Below, piece after piece: positions 35,472 to 45,000 of a stretch of 64,000 nucleotides of DNA. The first letter of the stretch is position 1. Each line of letters opens with the position of its first letter. Made by a program: the position numbers and the translations under genes. The notes beneath the pieces were generated by a model. It did no database searches, had not been told where the DNA came from, and was given only the letters and a program-made list of their open reading frames with translations. Origin of the DNA: Dehalococcoidia bacterium (GTDB lineage Bacteria; Chloroflexota; Dehalococcoidia; Lucifugimonadales; UBA3495); NCBI GenBank assembly GCA_965218875.1, contig CBDCMJ010000001.1:2840-66839 (forward strand), read 5' to 3'.

Positions 35472-36506
35472 ATGAGACTGGCTGCACAGGCAAAAGGCGG
35501 GTTTTACCCCACGCCTCCCCGGGTGGTTGACCTGGTTGCCCAACTGCTCTACGGGGCCAGGGGCCGCGCCCGCAGCGTGGACACCCTGCGCATCCTGGAC
35601 CCCTGCTGCGGAGCCGGGGACGCCCTGGCCCAGTTCGCCGACCTGCTGCGCGACCGCGGCACCGTCCCCGTGGAGGCCTGCGGGGTGGAACTGCATAGGG
35701 AGAGGGCGGAGCAGGCCGCCCACGTCCTGGACCGCGCCCTGGCCTGCGACCTCTTCGCCACTTCGATTGCCAACAACGCCTTCGGCGTGCTGCTCTTGAA
35801 CCCTCCCTATGATTGGGACAAAGAAGACAAGCGGGTGGAGCACGCCTTCCTCACGCACACCACGCGCTACCTGACCGACGGCGGGCTGCTGCTGTTCATC
35901 GTGCCGAAGCAGCGCCTCGCCGTCTCCGCCCGCTACCTCTCGTCCCACTACCGGGACCTGCGCTGCTGGGCCTTCCCCAACCCGGAGCGGGAGGTGTTCG
36001 ACCAAGTAATCCTGGTGGGCCGGCGCAAGGGCGAACCCAGCCCCGACCCCTACGCCGAGGAGCAGGTGCGGGAATGGGCCTTCGGAGAGCCGGAGGAGTT
36101 CTCGTACCGTCCCTATCCGGTCTACGACCCGCCGGTGGTTCCCGCCGGCGACATCCTCTTTGCCACCCGCACCGTGGACCCGCTGGCGGCAGTGGCCGAA
36201 GCCAGGAAGGCCGGGCTGTGGGCCAGCCAGGAGGTCAGGGACGCCCTCTGGCCCGCCCAGGACCAGCGCACCCGCCCGTTGATGCCGCTCCGCCGGGGCC
36301 ACATGGCCATGCTGGTGGCGGCGGGTTTCCTCGACAACCTGGTGCTGGAGGCCGACGGCCGGCGCATCCTGGTCAAGGGCCGGACGACGAAGGAGATGGT
36401 GCTGGCCGAGGAGACCGAGAACACCGAGGTCTACCGGGAGCGGCTCCGGACCACCGTGGTCGCCCTGGACCTGGACGGCGGGGAGATCACCGACATCGCC
36501 GCCTAG
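35472..36506 (+). CDS. N6-adenine DNA methyltransferase (orphan, DUF6094-like N-terminus)
   Basis: MRLAAQAKGGFYPTP.., SAM motif LDPCCGAGDAL, catalytic LLLNPPYD. Confidence 0.75.
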   Translation: MRLAAQAKGGFYPTPPRVVDLVAQLLYGARGRARSVDTLRILDPCCGAGDALAQFADLLRDRGTVPVEACGVELHRERAEQAAHVLDRALACDLFATSIANNAFGVLLLNPPYDWDKEDKRVEHAFLTHTTRYLTDGGLLLFIVPKQRLAVSARYLSSHYRDLRCWAFPNPEREVFDQVILVGRRKGEPSPDPYAEEQVREWAFGEPEEFSYRPYPVYDPPVVPAGDILFATRTVDPLAAVAEARKAGLWASQEVRDALWPAQDQRTRPLMPLRRGHMAMLVAAGFLDNLVLEADGRRILVKGRTTKEMVLAEETENTEVYRERLRTTVVALDLDGGEITDIAA

Positions 36507-36640
36507 CTCTCCGCAACGACAACTACCCCGACGGCTGCAACGCCAGCCGCATCACGAAGGCCCCGCCGGTCTCATTCACCGGCGGGGCCTCGCTTTTTCT
36601 CCCTACACCCCACGCAACTTTCCCAACCAGGAGAATACCA

Positions 36641-38524
36641 ATGAACCTATCAGGATTCATCGACCAGTTCAAGGAAGCCATCGCCAAGAGGGTGGTGGAG
36701 TCCTACCCGCCCCTGTACCGGCCCTCGGAAACCCCGGTCAAGCTGCCCAAGCTGCTGCGCACCCCGATGGGCGGCCAGGAGGACGCCATCAAGGGCACGG
36801 CCCTCTCCCTCCAGGCCCATAGGGGCACCACCGTGGTGGGCGAAATGGGAACGGGCAAGACCTTCATCGGCGCCGCCGCCGCCCACGCCGCCGGTTTCTC
36901 GCGGGTCTTGATTCTCTGCCCGCCGCATTTGACCCGAAAGTGGAAGCGGGAGGTGGAGGATACGGTGCCCGGCGCTCGCGCCGCCATCGTCGCCTCCATC
37001 ACCGACCTGGAACGGCTCAGGCTGTCCGTGGGTCCCGCTCCCCTCTTCGCCATCATGTCCCGGGAAAGGGCCAAGCTGTCCTACCGCTGGCAGCCCGCCG
37101 TGGTCCAGCGCTGGGCCGCCGCCGGGGGCCGGCTGGTGCGGGACGAGCAGACCGGGGAACCCTTCCAGGTGCCCTGCTGCCCCCGCTGCTACGCCCAGGT
37201 GGTGGACAAGGACGGCGTGCCCCTGACCAACGAGGAGTTGTCCCGCAAGCGTCGCAACTGCGACCTGTGCAGGTCCGCCCTCTGGCAGGCCGACGGCTCA
37301 GGCCCCAGGCGCTACCCACTGGCCGACTACGTGAAGCACCGGATGAAGGGCTTCTTCGACCTGCTGATTGGCGACGAGGTCCATGAGTACAAGGGCCGTG
37401 GCTCCGCCCAGGGCATCGCCGCCGGGGTGCTGGCCGACTCCTGCGGCAAGTCCCTCACCCTTACCGGAACGCTGACCGGCGGCTACTCCTCGACGCTCTT
37501 CCACCTGCTGTACCGCTTCTCGCCGGACATACGGGCCGAGTTCGAGCGGTCCGAGGAAGGGCGCTGGATTCAGCGCTACGGTTTCCTGGAGCAGACGGTG
37601 CGCCACGAAGGCGACGGCAACTCCTTCGAGGACGGGCGCAACAGCCGCCGCAAGGGATACCGCAAGACGGTGCGGGAAAGGCCCGGCCTGGCGCCCTCGG
37701 CCCTCTTCCACCTGATAGGCAACAGCGTGTTCCTGCGCCTCTCCGACGTGGCCTCGGGGCTGCCGTCCTACGAGGAGCAGGTGCTGCTGTCGGGCATGGA
37801 CCGGGAGACGGACTTCACCGGCTTCTCCCAGCGCAAGGCCTACGACCTGGTGTTCGACACCCTGCGGCAGGCCCTGGCCGAAGCGTTGGCCAAGGGTTCC
37901 AAGCGGCTGCTGGCGACCTACCTGCAAACCCTGCTGGCCTACCCCGACGGCTGCACCCGGGGCGAGACGGTCTTCGATCCCCAGACCGGCAACGTGTTGG
38001 TGCAGATGCCGCCTTTGTCCGAGGACAAACTCTATCCGAAGGAGCAGGCGCTGGTGGACCTGGTGGCGGCGGAGAGGCTGGCGGGACGCAAAGTGCTGGT
38101 CTACGCCACCCACACCGGAACGCGGGACATCACCGAACGGATGGAGCAATTCCTGACCCGGCACGGCTTCCGGGTGGCGGTGCTCAAGGCGGACTCGGTG
38201 GCCCCGGACCGGCGGGAGTCCTGGGTGGAGGAACGGGTCAAGCAGGGGGTGGACGTGGTCATCTGCCATCCCCGCCTGGTGCAGACCGGCCTGGACCTGA
38301 TCGACTTCCCGACCCTCTGTTGGTTCGAGACCGAGTTCTTCGTCTTCCAATCGACACAACAAAGTACGGTTCTCGTGGGTAGTCGACTTGGATGCAACTG
38401 GGGTTCAATAGGTGCAGCAAGCTGTGGAAGCTACGAACCTCCCATCCTCGGTGGACCGAAGAACATTTCTGCCGACCGCCCCTACGGGTCCAAGCCTTCT
38501 CAGGTGGGCCTATTTCGACGGTAG
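36641..38524 (+). pseudogene. SNF2/DEAD-like helicase, C-terminally truncated near 38340
   Basis: Motif I GEMGTGKTF, motif II DEVHEYKG, C-terminal lobe KVLVYATHTG..QTGLDL. The homology-like sequence and high GC stop after ..LCWFETEF. The remaining ORF (FVFQSTQQ..) is AT-rich and has no motif VI. Confidence 0.7.
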
Positions 38525-38686
38525 AGAGGACCGTCTTCAAGATGTGGCTGTGGTCTCTGTAGACCCATAGTGTAATTCATAGCCGGTCGGCCTGTCCGCA
38601 CCTGTGTGAGGCCATTTCTCATTGTCTCGCACTTCCGCAAAATGGTAGAATTGCAGTGTAGGAAGACGCCTATGAAAGGGGGACGT

Positions 38687-38986
38687 ATGAGAGACGCAGA
38701 CATCCCCGCATCCAGGCCGATCGCGCCAACCCTGCCGTTAGAAGAGACCGCCCGCCTGGGCGACGAGATATACGAGCGAGACATCCGGCCCCAGGTCGAG
38801 GCCGACCACCACGGGGAGGTCGTCGCTATAGACCTGGACAGTGGGGACTATGCCATCGCCGACACCGCCCTTGCCGCAGCGGATGCCCTGCGAGAACGGT
38901 GTCCCGCCCCTGATGTTTGGGTAGTGAGGGTTGGGTATCCGACGCTGCGCACCTTCGGGGGCAGCTCCCTGCGGAGGACTGGATGA
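38687..38986 (+). CDS. Small protein partnered with the retropepsin-like protease
   Basis: It shares an ATGA overlap with the downstream gene. The choice of start among the ATGs at 38672 and 38687 is uncertain. Confidence 0.45.
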   Translation: MRDADIPASRPIAPTLPLEETARLGDEIYERDIRPQVEADHHGEVVAIDLDSGDYAIADTALAAADALRERCPAPDVWVVRVGYPTLRTFGGSSLRRTG

Positions 38987-39354
38987 TAGAGGGCTTCGTG
39001 AACGCCAATCGCGAAGCCATCGTTCCCCTGTCACTCCGCGGCCCGGACGGACAGACGCGGGAAGTGAACGCCGTGATAGACACCGGCTACAGCGGCGCTT
39101 TGACCCTGCCGCCTGCGTTGGTCGCGGAGTTGGAGTTGCCCTACGTGTTCAGCAGCAAGGCTACGTTGGCTGACGATACAGAAGTGGGCTTCCGCGTACA
39201 CCGCGTCACCACGCTCTGGGACAGTGGGCCGCGACACATCGAGGCCGATGCCGTAGGCAGCACCCCGCTGGTGGGTATGCTGCTTCTGGACAGCCACAAC
39301 CTGGACATCGAAGTCGTGGATGGCGGCAGCGTCGTCATACAGGCCAGAGAGTAG
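38983..39354 (+). CDS. Retropepsin-like (clan AA) aspartyl protease, about 123 aa
   Basis: VIDTGYSGALTLP carries the DTG active-site motif. The size and the ..PLVGMLLL.. flap-like region fit bacterial and archaeal mini retropepsins. Confidence 0.65.
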   Translation: MIEGFVNANREAIVPLSLRGPDGQTREVNAVIDTGYSGALTLPPALVAELELPYVFSSKATLADDTEVGFRVHRVTTLWDSGPRHIEADAVGSTPLVGMLLLDSHNLDIEVVDGGSVVIQARE

Positions 39355-39384
39355 CGACAGCGCTCCCGAATCGACGCGTCCGCT

Positions 39385-41823
39385 TCAAGGCTTCTCCGCC
39401 CCCGCTCCCTCCTCCTCTCGCGTCTCCCCCTTCGCCATCCGGTAGCCCACGCGAAGCTCGGTGAAGATGTAGGTAGGGTTGGCGGCGGCGTCGCCCAGCT
39501 GGCGGCGGATGACGTTGATTGAGGTTCGCAAGGGCCGCACGTCGGCGTCGCCGTCCGTGCCCCAGACCCGCCTCAGCAGGTGCTCGTAGGTCACCACCCG
39601 GCCGGCGTTCACCGAGAGTTCGACGAGCAGACGGTACTGGATTGCAGCCAGGTTTATCGGCTTGCCTGCAAGCGTCACGAGGCGCTCGGCGTAGTTGATT
39701 GTCAGGTCCCCCAGGACATAGGGCACTTGCGGCTCGGACATAGTGCGTCTGCGAAGCGACGCCCCGATGCGGGCCACAAGCTCGGTCGGCGAGAAGGGTT
39801 TGACGACGTAGTCGTCCGCTCCCATCTGGAAGGCCCTGGCGATGAGCCGGTCCTGGCCGTAAGCGGACACGAATATTACCGGCACGTCTCTCGCGGCCAC
39901 GATGTCCTTCATCAGGTCGATCCCGTCGACTCCCGGCAGCATCAGGTCGAGGAGGACCAGATGGGGCCTTTCCTCTTCCATGAGGCGCAGCCCATCTTCC
40001 GGGTCACTGGTTGCGATCACCGTGTAGCCCGCCTCGATCAGGGCGTCCCGGATGTACCTGAGCGCCTGCAGGTCGTCGTCCACCACCAGAATGCGAACCT
40101 GTTCCCGCACCGACCTGCGTGAAGGTCTCGTGGAGAGCTGAGGGGATGGGGCCGGGGAGACGTATCCTGAGGCTTCCACCGTCGGAAGGGTGAAAGTAAA
40201 GGTGGCGCCCAGTCCCGGACCTTCGCTCTCGACCCATATCCGTCCCCCGTGCGCCTCGACTATCCCCTTGCAGACCGCGAGGCCGAGCCCGGTGTCTCCT
40301 CCCTGCTCCTCGCTCTCCAACCGGGAGAACTTCCGAAACAGGTGCGGCAGGCTCTCGGCGGGAATGCCCCTGCCGTCGTCGGAGACCGACACCGAGACAT
40401 GGAGGTCGCCGGGGCCGGCGCTCACCCTTATGGTGGACGACTCCGGTGAGTGCCTGGCCGCGTTGGTCAGCAGGTTGTCCAGCACCTGGACGATGCGCGA
40501 TCTGTCGGCCATAACCCAGGGCAGGTCGGACGGGATCTCGACGCGGAGGTTGTGACTGTTCCCGCCGATGCGGAAGTTTCTACCGGCCTCGCCTGTCAGG
40601 GCCGCGAGGTCCGTGGGCTCCGGAGCGACCGGAAGGTTTCCCGTATCTATGCGAGCAACGTCGAGGAGATCTGCGATCAGCGCGCTCATCCGGTCACTCT
40701 GCTCGAAGATGATCCTATGAAACTGGTGCACTTCGGCCGGGTTCATTTTCGAGGACCTGTCCAGCAGCGTGGAGACCGAACCCCTGACCGTGGCCAGGGG
40801 GGTGCGCAGCTCGTGGCTCACCATGGCCAGGAACTCGGCCCGCATCCGCTCGACCTCCTCTATCTCAGTCATGTCCTGGAGGGTCACGATCAAGTTCTCG
40901 ACTCCGTCGGCATCCGAGGGGGTGGGCGTGGCGTTCATCACCGCGCTGATGCTCCGCCCGTCAGGAGCCTTTAGGACAACCTCCTCGGCGCGGACAGTCT
41001 TTCCGGCGCTGAAGTCCTGGGCCATTGGCAACTCCCCAAGGAAGACCTCCTGTCCTTCGCCACGTTGGACTTTCACCGTCTTGAGGAATTGGTCTGGTTG
41101 GATGTCGGATTCCCTCAGGCTATCGAGCATTCGCACCGCCTCCCGGTTGAACGACAACGGGTCGCCAGTCCTCCCATCAAGTACGGCGACACCCACAGGA
41201 CATATGCCCATAAGCGATTCCAGATCGATTTTGACCCGCCGCACAAGCCGGCGCTTAAGTGCGTCGGACACTAGCGGCGCAGCCTGGGATGCCGCCGACT
41301 CGATGATGGCCTCGTCCTCTTGAGAGAACTTGCCGCCACGCTCCTTTGTGGCTAGGAAAAAGCTTCCGACCTGCGATCCGCCATGGCGGATCGGCGTCAC
41401 CATGAGGGTTTCATACGGCGGAGGGTCTCCCGTATGTCCGAGCGACCTGCTGTAGCTCGCCAGGTCGTCAAGCCTCAGCGTTTCTTGCACGCGGCTGAGC
41501 TGCAGGAGCAAGTCCTCCGCCTGGACCATGTCCCCACCACCGTACCTTTGCTCAGGGGTGAGGCCGTGAGAGAAAAACTCCACCGGCTGGCCGGATTCGT
41601 CGATGGTCGCAATTCCCCCATATCTGGCCTCCACCAGCGCGCAGGCTCTGGCAAGCTCCCCCTCCAACATTGAGTCTTGTCCGATGCCTCCGGTTCTCCC
41701 AACGCCGGCCTCGCTCAGCTGGGACAGCCGTTCCCGCAGGGCCTGGATCTCTCGCAGCAGTTCGTCTTCTCGGTCCACTCTCAAACCTCCATCGGGCAGG
41801 AGATGGCCAGCACTCCCGTCCAT
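39385..41823 (-). CDS. Fused sensor histidine kinase and OmpR-type response regulator (GAF/PAS-HisKA-HATPase-REC-winged helix)
   Basis: H-box FLAMVSHELRTPL. HATPase motifs NLLTNAARHSP, DDGRGIP, GLGLAVCKG. REC segment ILVVDDD..LLDLMLPGVDG..KPF. C-terminal OmpR-type wHTH ..LLRRVWG..LRVGYRM. Confidence 0.85.
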   Translation of the reverse strand: MDGSAGHLLPDGGLRVDREDELLREIQALRERLSQLSEAGVGRTGGIGQDSMLEGELARACALVEARYGGIATIDESGQPVEFFSHGLTPEQRYGGGDMVQAEDLLLQLSRVQETLRLDDLASYSRSLGHTGDPPPYETLMVTPIRHGGSQVGSFFLATKERGGKFSQEDEAIIESAASQAAPLVSDALKRRLVRRVKIDLESLMGICPVGVAVLDGRTGDPLSFNREAVRMLDSLRESDIQPDQFLKTVKVQRGEGQEVFLGELPMAQDFSAGKTVRAEEVVLKAPDGRSISAVMNATPTPSDADGVENLIVTLQDMTEIEEVERMRAEFLAMVSHELRTPLATVRGSVSTLLDRSSKMNPAEVHQFHRIIFEQSDRMSALIADLLDVARIDTGNLPVAPEPTDLAALTGEAGRNFRIGGNSHNLRVEIPSDLPWVMADRSRIVQVLDNLLTNAARHSPESSTIRVSAGPGDLHVSVSVSDDGRGIPAESLPHLFRKFSRLESEEQGGDTGLGLAVCKGIVEAHGGRIWVESEGPGLGATFTFTLPTVEASGYVSPAPSPQLSTRPSRRSVREQVRILVVDDDLQALRYIRDALIEAGYTVIATSDPEDGLRLMEEERPHLVLLDLMLPGVDGIDLMKDIVAARDVPVIFVSAYGQDRLIARAFQMGADDYVVKPFSPTELVARIGASLRRRTMSEPQVPYVLGDLTINYAERLVTLAGKPINLAAIQYRLLVELSVNAGRVVTYEHLLRRVWGTDGDADVRPLRTSINVIRRQLGDAAANPTYIFTELRVGYRMAKGETREEEGAGAEKP

Positions 41824-41866
41824 CTCGCCCTGCAGAATGGGACCCGGATTGCGGGCAAACCGGAGT

Positions 41867-41938
41867 GATTATACTCAGATTATATAAACATTACAAGAAT
41901 CAGTCGAAATTCCCACAATTCCTTACGGCCAGATTACA
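41867..41938 (+). promoter_or_regulatory. GATTATA direct repeats in the divergent intergenic region
   Basis: GATTATA occurs at 41867 and 41878 (11-nt phasing), and GATTACA at 41932. The surrounding stretch is AT-rich and lies between the kinase/regulator gene and the giant ORF. Confidence 0.35.
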
Positions 41939-42063
41939 CCGGCCTTGTACAATGCAGTGACGATAGAAGACCTGTACTGGGAGAGGACAACATCAACTGG
42001 CAGGCCATGGCCATTCGGCTCGGTCGAGAATGCCTGGTTCGCCTTATAGGAGACCCATCTGAA

Positions 42064-45000
42064 ATGAAGGTCATCAACATGGCGCGAAAATACCTGCCCC
42101 TGCCCCCCCCCCCCCGACTTTTGCCCTTCGGAATCGCCGGTTGGCTGGCGTGGGGCATCGCCCGTTCGGCATTGCGAGGTTCGCGGGTGAGCGCGCCCAT
42201 ACGTCAGGTGCCGGCGTTGGTCCTCACGGCGGCGCTGCTTCTGGCCGCCATCGCCGCACTGCCGGCGCTGCCCCTGCAGGCGCAGACGCCAGCGGCTGAA
42301 CTCAGCGGGCTGAGCCTGAGTTCCGGCACACTGCGTCCCACGTTCGCCGCCGCTACTACGGAGTACCGGGCTGCGGTCAACTACAGCGTCAACCGGATCA
42401 CCGTGACCGCCACGGCAGCGATCGGCGTCACGGTGGAATACCTGGACGCTACGGACATCGCTCTGGACGACGCTGACATCAATGCCACCGGGTTCCAGGT
42501 GGACCTCGCAGTTGGCGAGACAGCGTTCAAGGCCAAGGTCACCAGCGGCACTGATACCGAGACTTACACGGTGACCGTCGAGCGGGACTCGGCGCACATC
42601 TTCGGCTGGACCCCGAGCAGGGACATCAATGCACTGGAGGCTGCGGGCAACGCAAGCCCCCAGGGCATATGGTCCGAGGGGACCACTATGTGGGTGGCCG
42701 ACGATGACGACGACAAGCTCTACGCCTACACGCTAGCGACCGACGCCCGCGATGCAACCAGGGACATCAGCCTGCACAGCGACAACGGCGACCCGCAGGG
42801 CATCTGGTCCGACGAGACAACCATATGGGTGGCCGATGATGACGACGACAAACTCTACGCCTACGCGTTGAGCGGCGGAGCACGCGACGCGAGCAAGGAA
42901 TTCAGCCTGCACGCCGACAACGGCGATCCGGCCGGCATCTGGTCCGACGGGATGACCATCTGGGTTGCCGAAAGCAGCGGCTCTCCCCGTAAGGTCTTCG
43001 CCTACACATTGAGTGGCGGCGCGAACGACACTGACAAGGAGTTCGTATCCAACTGGATCCCGGTTGGCATCTGGTCCCACGGGACGACCATGTGGGTGGT
43101 CAACGACGTCGGCGTCAATGTGGGGCTTCGTGTCGAAGCCTACACGATCGATCTGAATACCGACGGAACAGCGGGCCCCAACCACGGCCATCGGGACACC
43201 GACAAGCTCTTCGGGCTGCGCTCCACGCGCGGGACCACCCCGATGGGCATCTGGTCGGATGGCAAGGGCGCCGTGTGGATAACGGCCCCGGACGGCCCCA
43301 AGGTCGAGTCCTACCACATGTTGCCGTTCTCCGCTGGCAGCACCACACTGAGCACTCTGACCATCACCGATGGGACGAGCGACTCAGCGCTACGCCCAGC
43401 GTTCGCCTCGACCACGCTGAGCTACCGCACGTCGGTCACTGACGACGTCAACCGGGTGACTGTCAGCGCGACTCCCAGCGACAGCACGGCCACATTGGCC
43501 TACCTGGATGCGAACGGCGAAGCGCTGGAGGATGCCGACTCCAACACTACCGGGTTCCAGGTGGATGTGGGCGTGGGGACGACGGGGATTCAGGTCCTGG
43601 TTACGACGCACGATGGATTTGCGTTTATCCACAGGGTCGTTGTGGAGCGTGACTCAGGCCGGCCGGGCGGCTGGACGCCAACCAATGACCTGTACGACCT
43701 GGATCCCATAGCCGTCAACTATCCCGCAGGCATCTGGTCTGACGGGACCACGATGTGGCTGACGAACCATAGCAAATCGACAGTCTTTGCCTACACGCTG
43801 GCAACCAGCTTGCGCGACACATCGAAGGAATTCTCTCTGCATACCGACAACGACGATCCATGGGGATTGTGGTCCGATGGAACAACGATCTGGGTTGTCG
43901 ACAAAACGGACAAGAAAGTCTACGCCTATACACTGGACACAGGCGCACGGGATGCAACACAGGACATCGACCTGGACTCCACCATCGATGAAGCCCGGGG
44001 CATCTGGTCCGATGAGACGACAGTGTGGATTGCCGACCGTTTTGGCACCCAGCTCTACGCTTACACGCTATCCACTGGCGCACGGGACACCACCAAGGAG
44101 TTCGCTCTGGCAGCGAACTCCGAAATAACGGGTATTTGGTCGGATGGAACCATCCTGTGGGTGGCGGACCGTCTCGCCGACACACTATATGCCTACCAGT
44201 TGGCCGATGGCGCCCGCGACCTGGCCAGAGACATCGAATTGGTCCTACCTTCTCCAGAGGGCGTTTGGGGACGGGGGAGCACGATATGGGTAGCTGATGC
44301 CGGCTTTGCCTTTTATGGACTTTCAACAGCGTTGCACCGGGTCACCTCTTACCGGTTGCCCCCCTCGTCCCCGAACGATATCACACTCAGCAGCCTGAGC
44401 CTGTCGCCCTCTCCACTGGTGCCTTCCTTCACTGCGAACCTTCGCCCGGCATTCTCTTTCGCTCGCGTTGCCTACCGGGTCGCTGTTCCGAACCGGGCCG
44501 GCCGGGTGACCGTCAACGCTGCAGCAAGCAACAGCGCAACGACGGTGGCCTACCAGGATGCAAACGGAGACGTGCTGGAGGACGCCGACTCCAACGCTTC
44601 GGGTTTCCAGGTGGATGTGGCCATGGGGGAGACGTCGATCAGTATCAGGCTTGCCTCCGGTGGTACGGCGCTCACCTACACCGTGGTTGTGGAGCGTGAT
44701 TCGGCCGCGCTCTACGGCTGGACCCCGACCAGTGACCTCAACGACCTTCTACAGGACAACCCAGCCCTCGCTGGCGATAGGATCAGAGGTGTATGGGCTG
44801 ACGAAACGACAATCTATGTGATTGGTCATTTCGAGCCGATGGTTTTCGCCTACACACGGGCCGACGGTTCACGCGATGAGAGCAAGGACATCACGACCAA
44901 TCAGGGTTCGCTCGCAGGCGGTTTGGACGACGGCGGCAAAGCGGGCATCTGGTCGGATGGGATGACGATGTGGGTGCTGAACTACGTCTATGGCGAGGAC

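Noticed and set aside
38319-38332. A simple attL/attR model in which 38333 onward is the displaced tRNA-Ile 3' end.
   Set aside because: The sequence to the right (ACCGAGTTCTTCGTCTTCC..) cannot complete the T stem or the acceptor stem. I therefore report the T-arm-like motif only as a candidate junction or scar.
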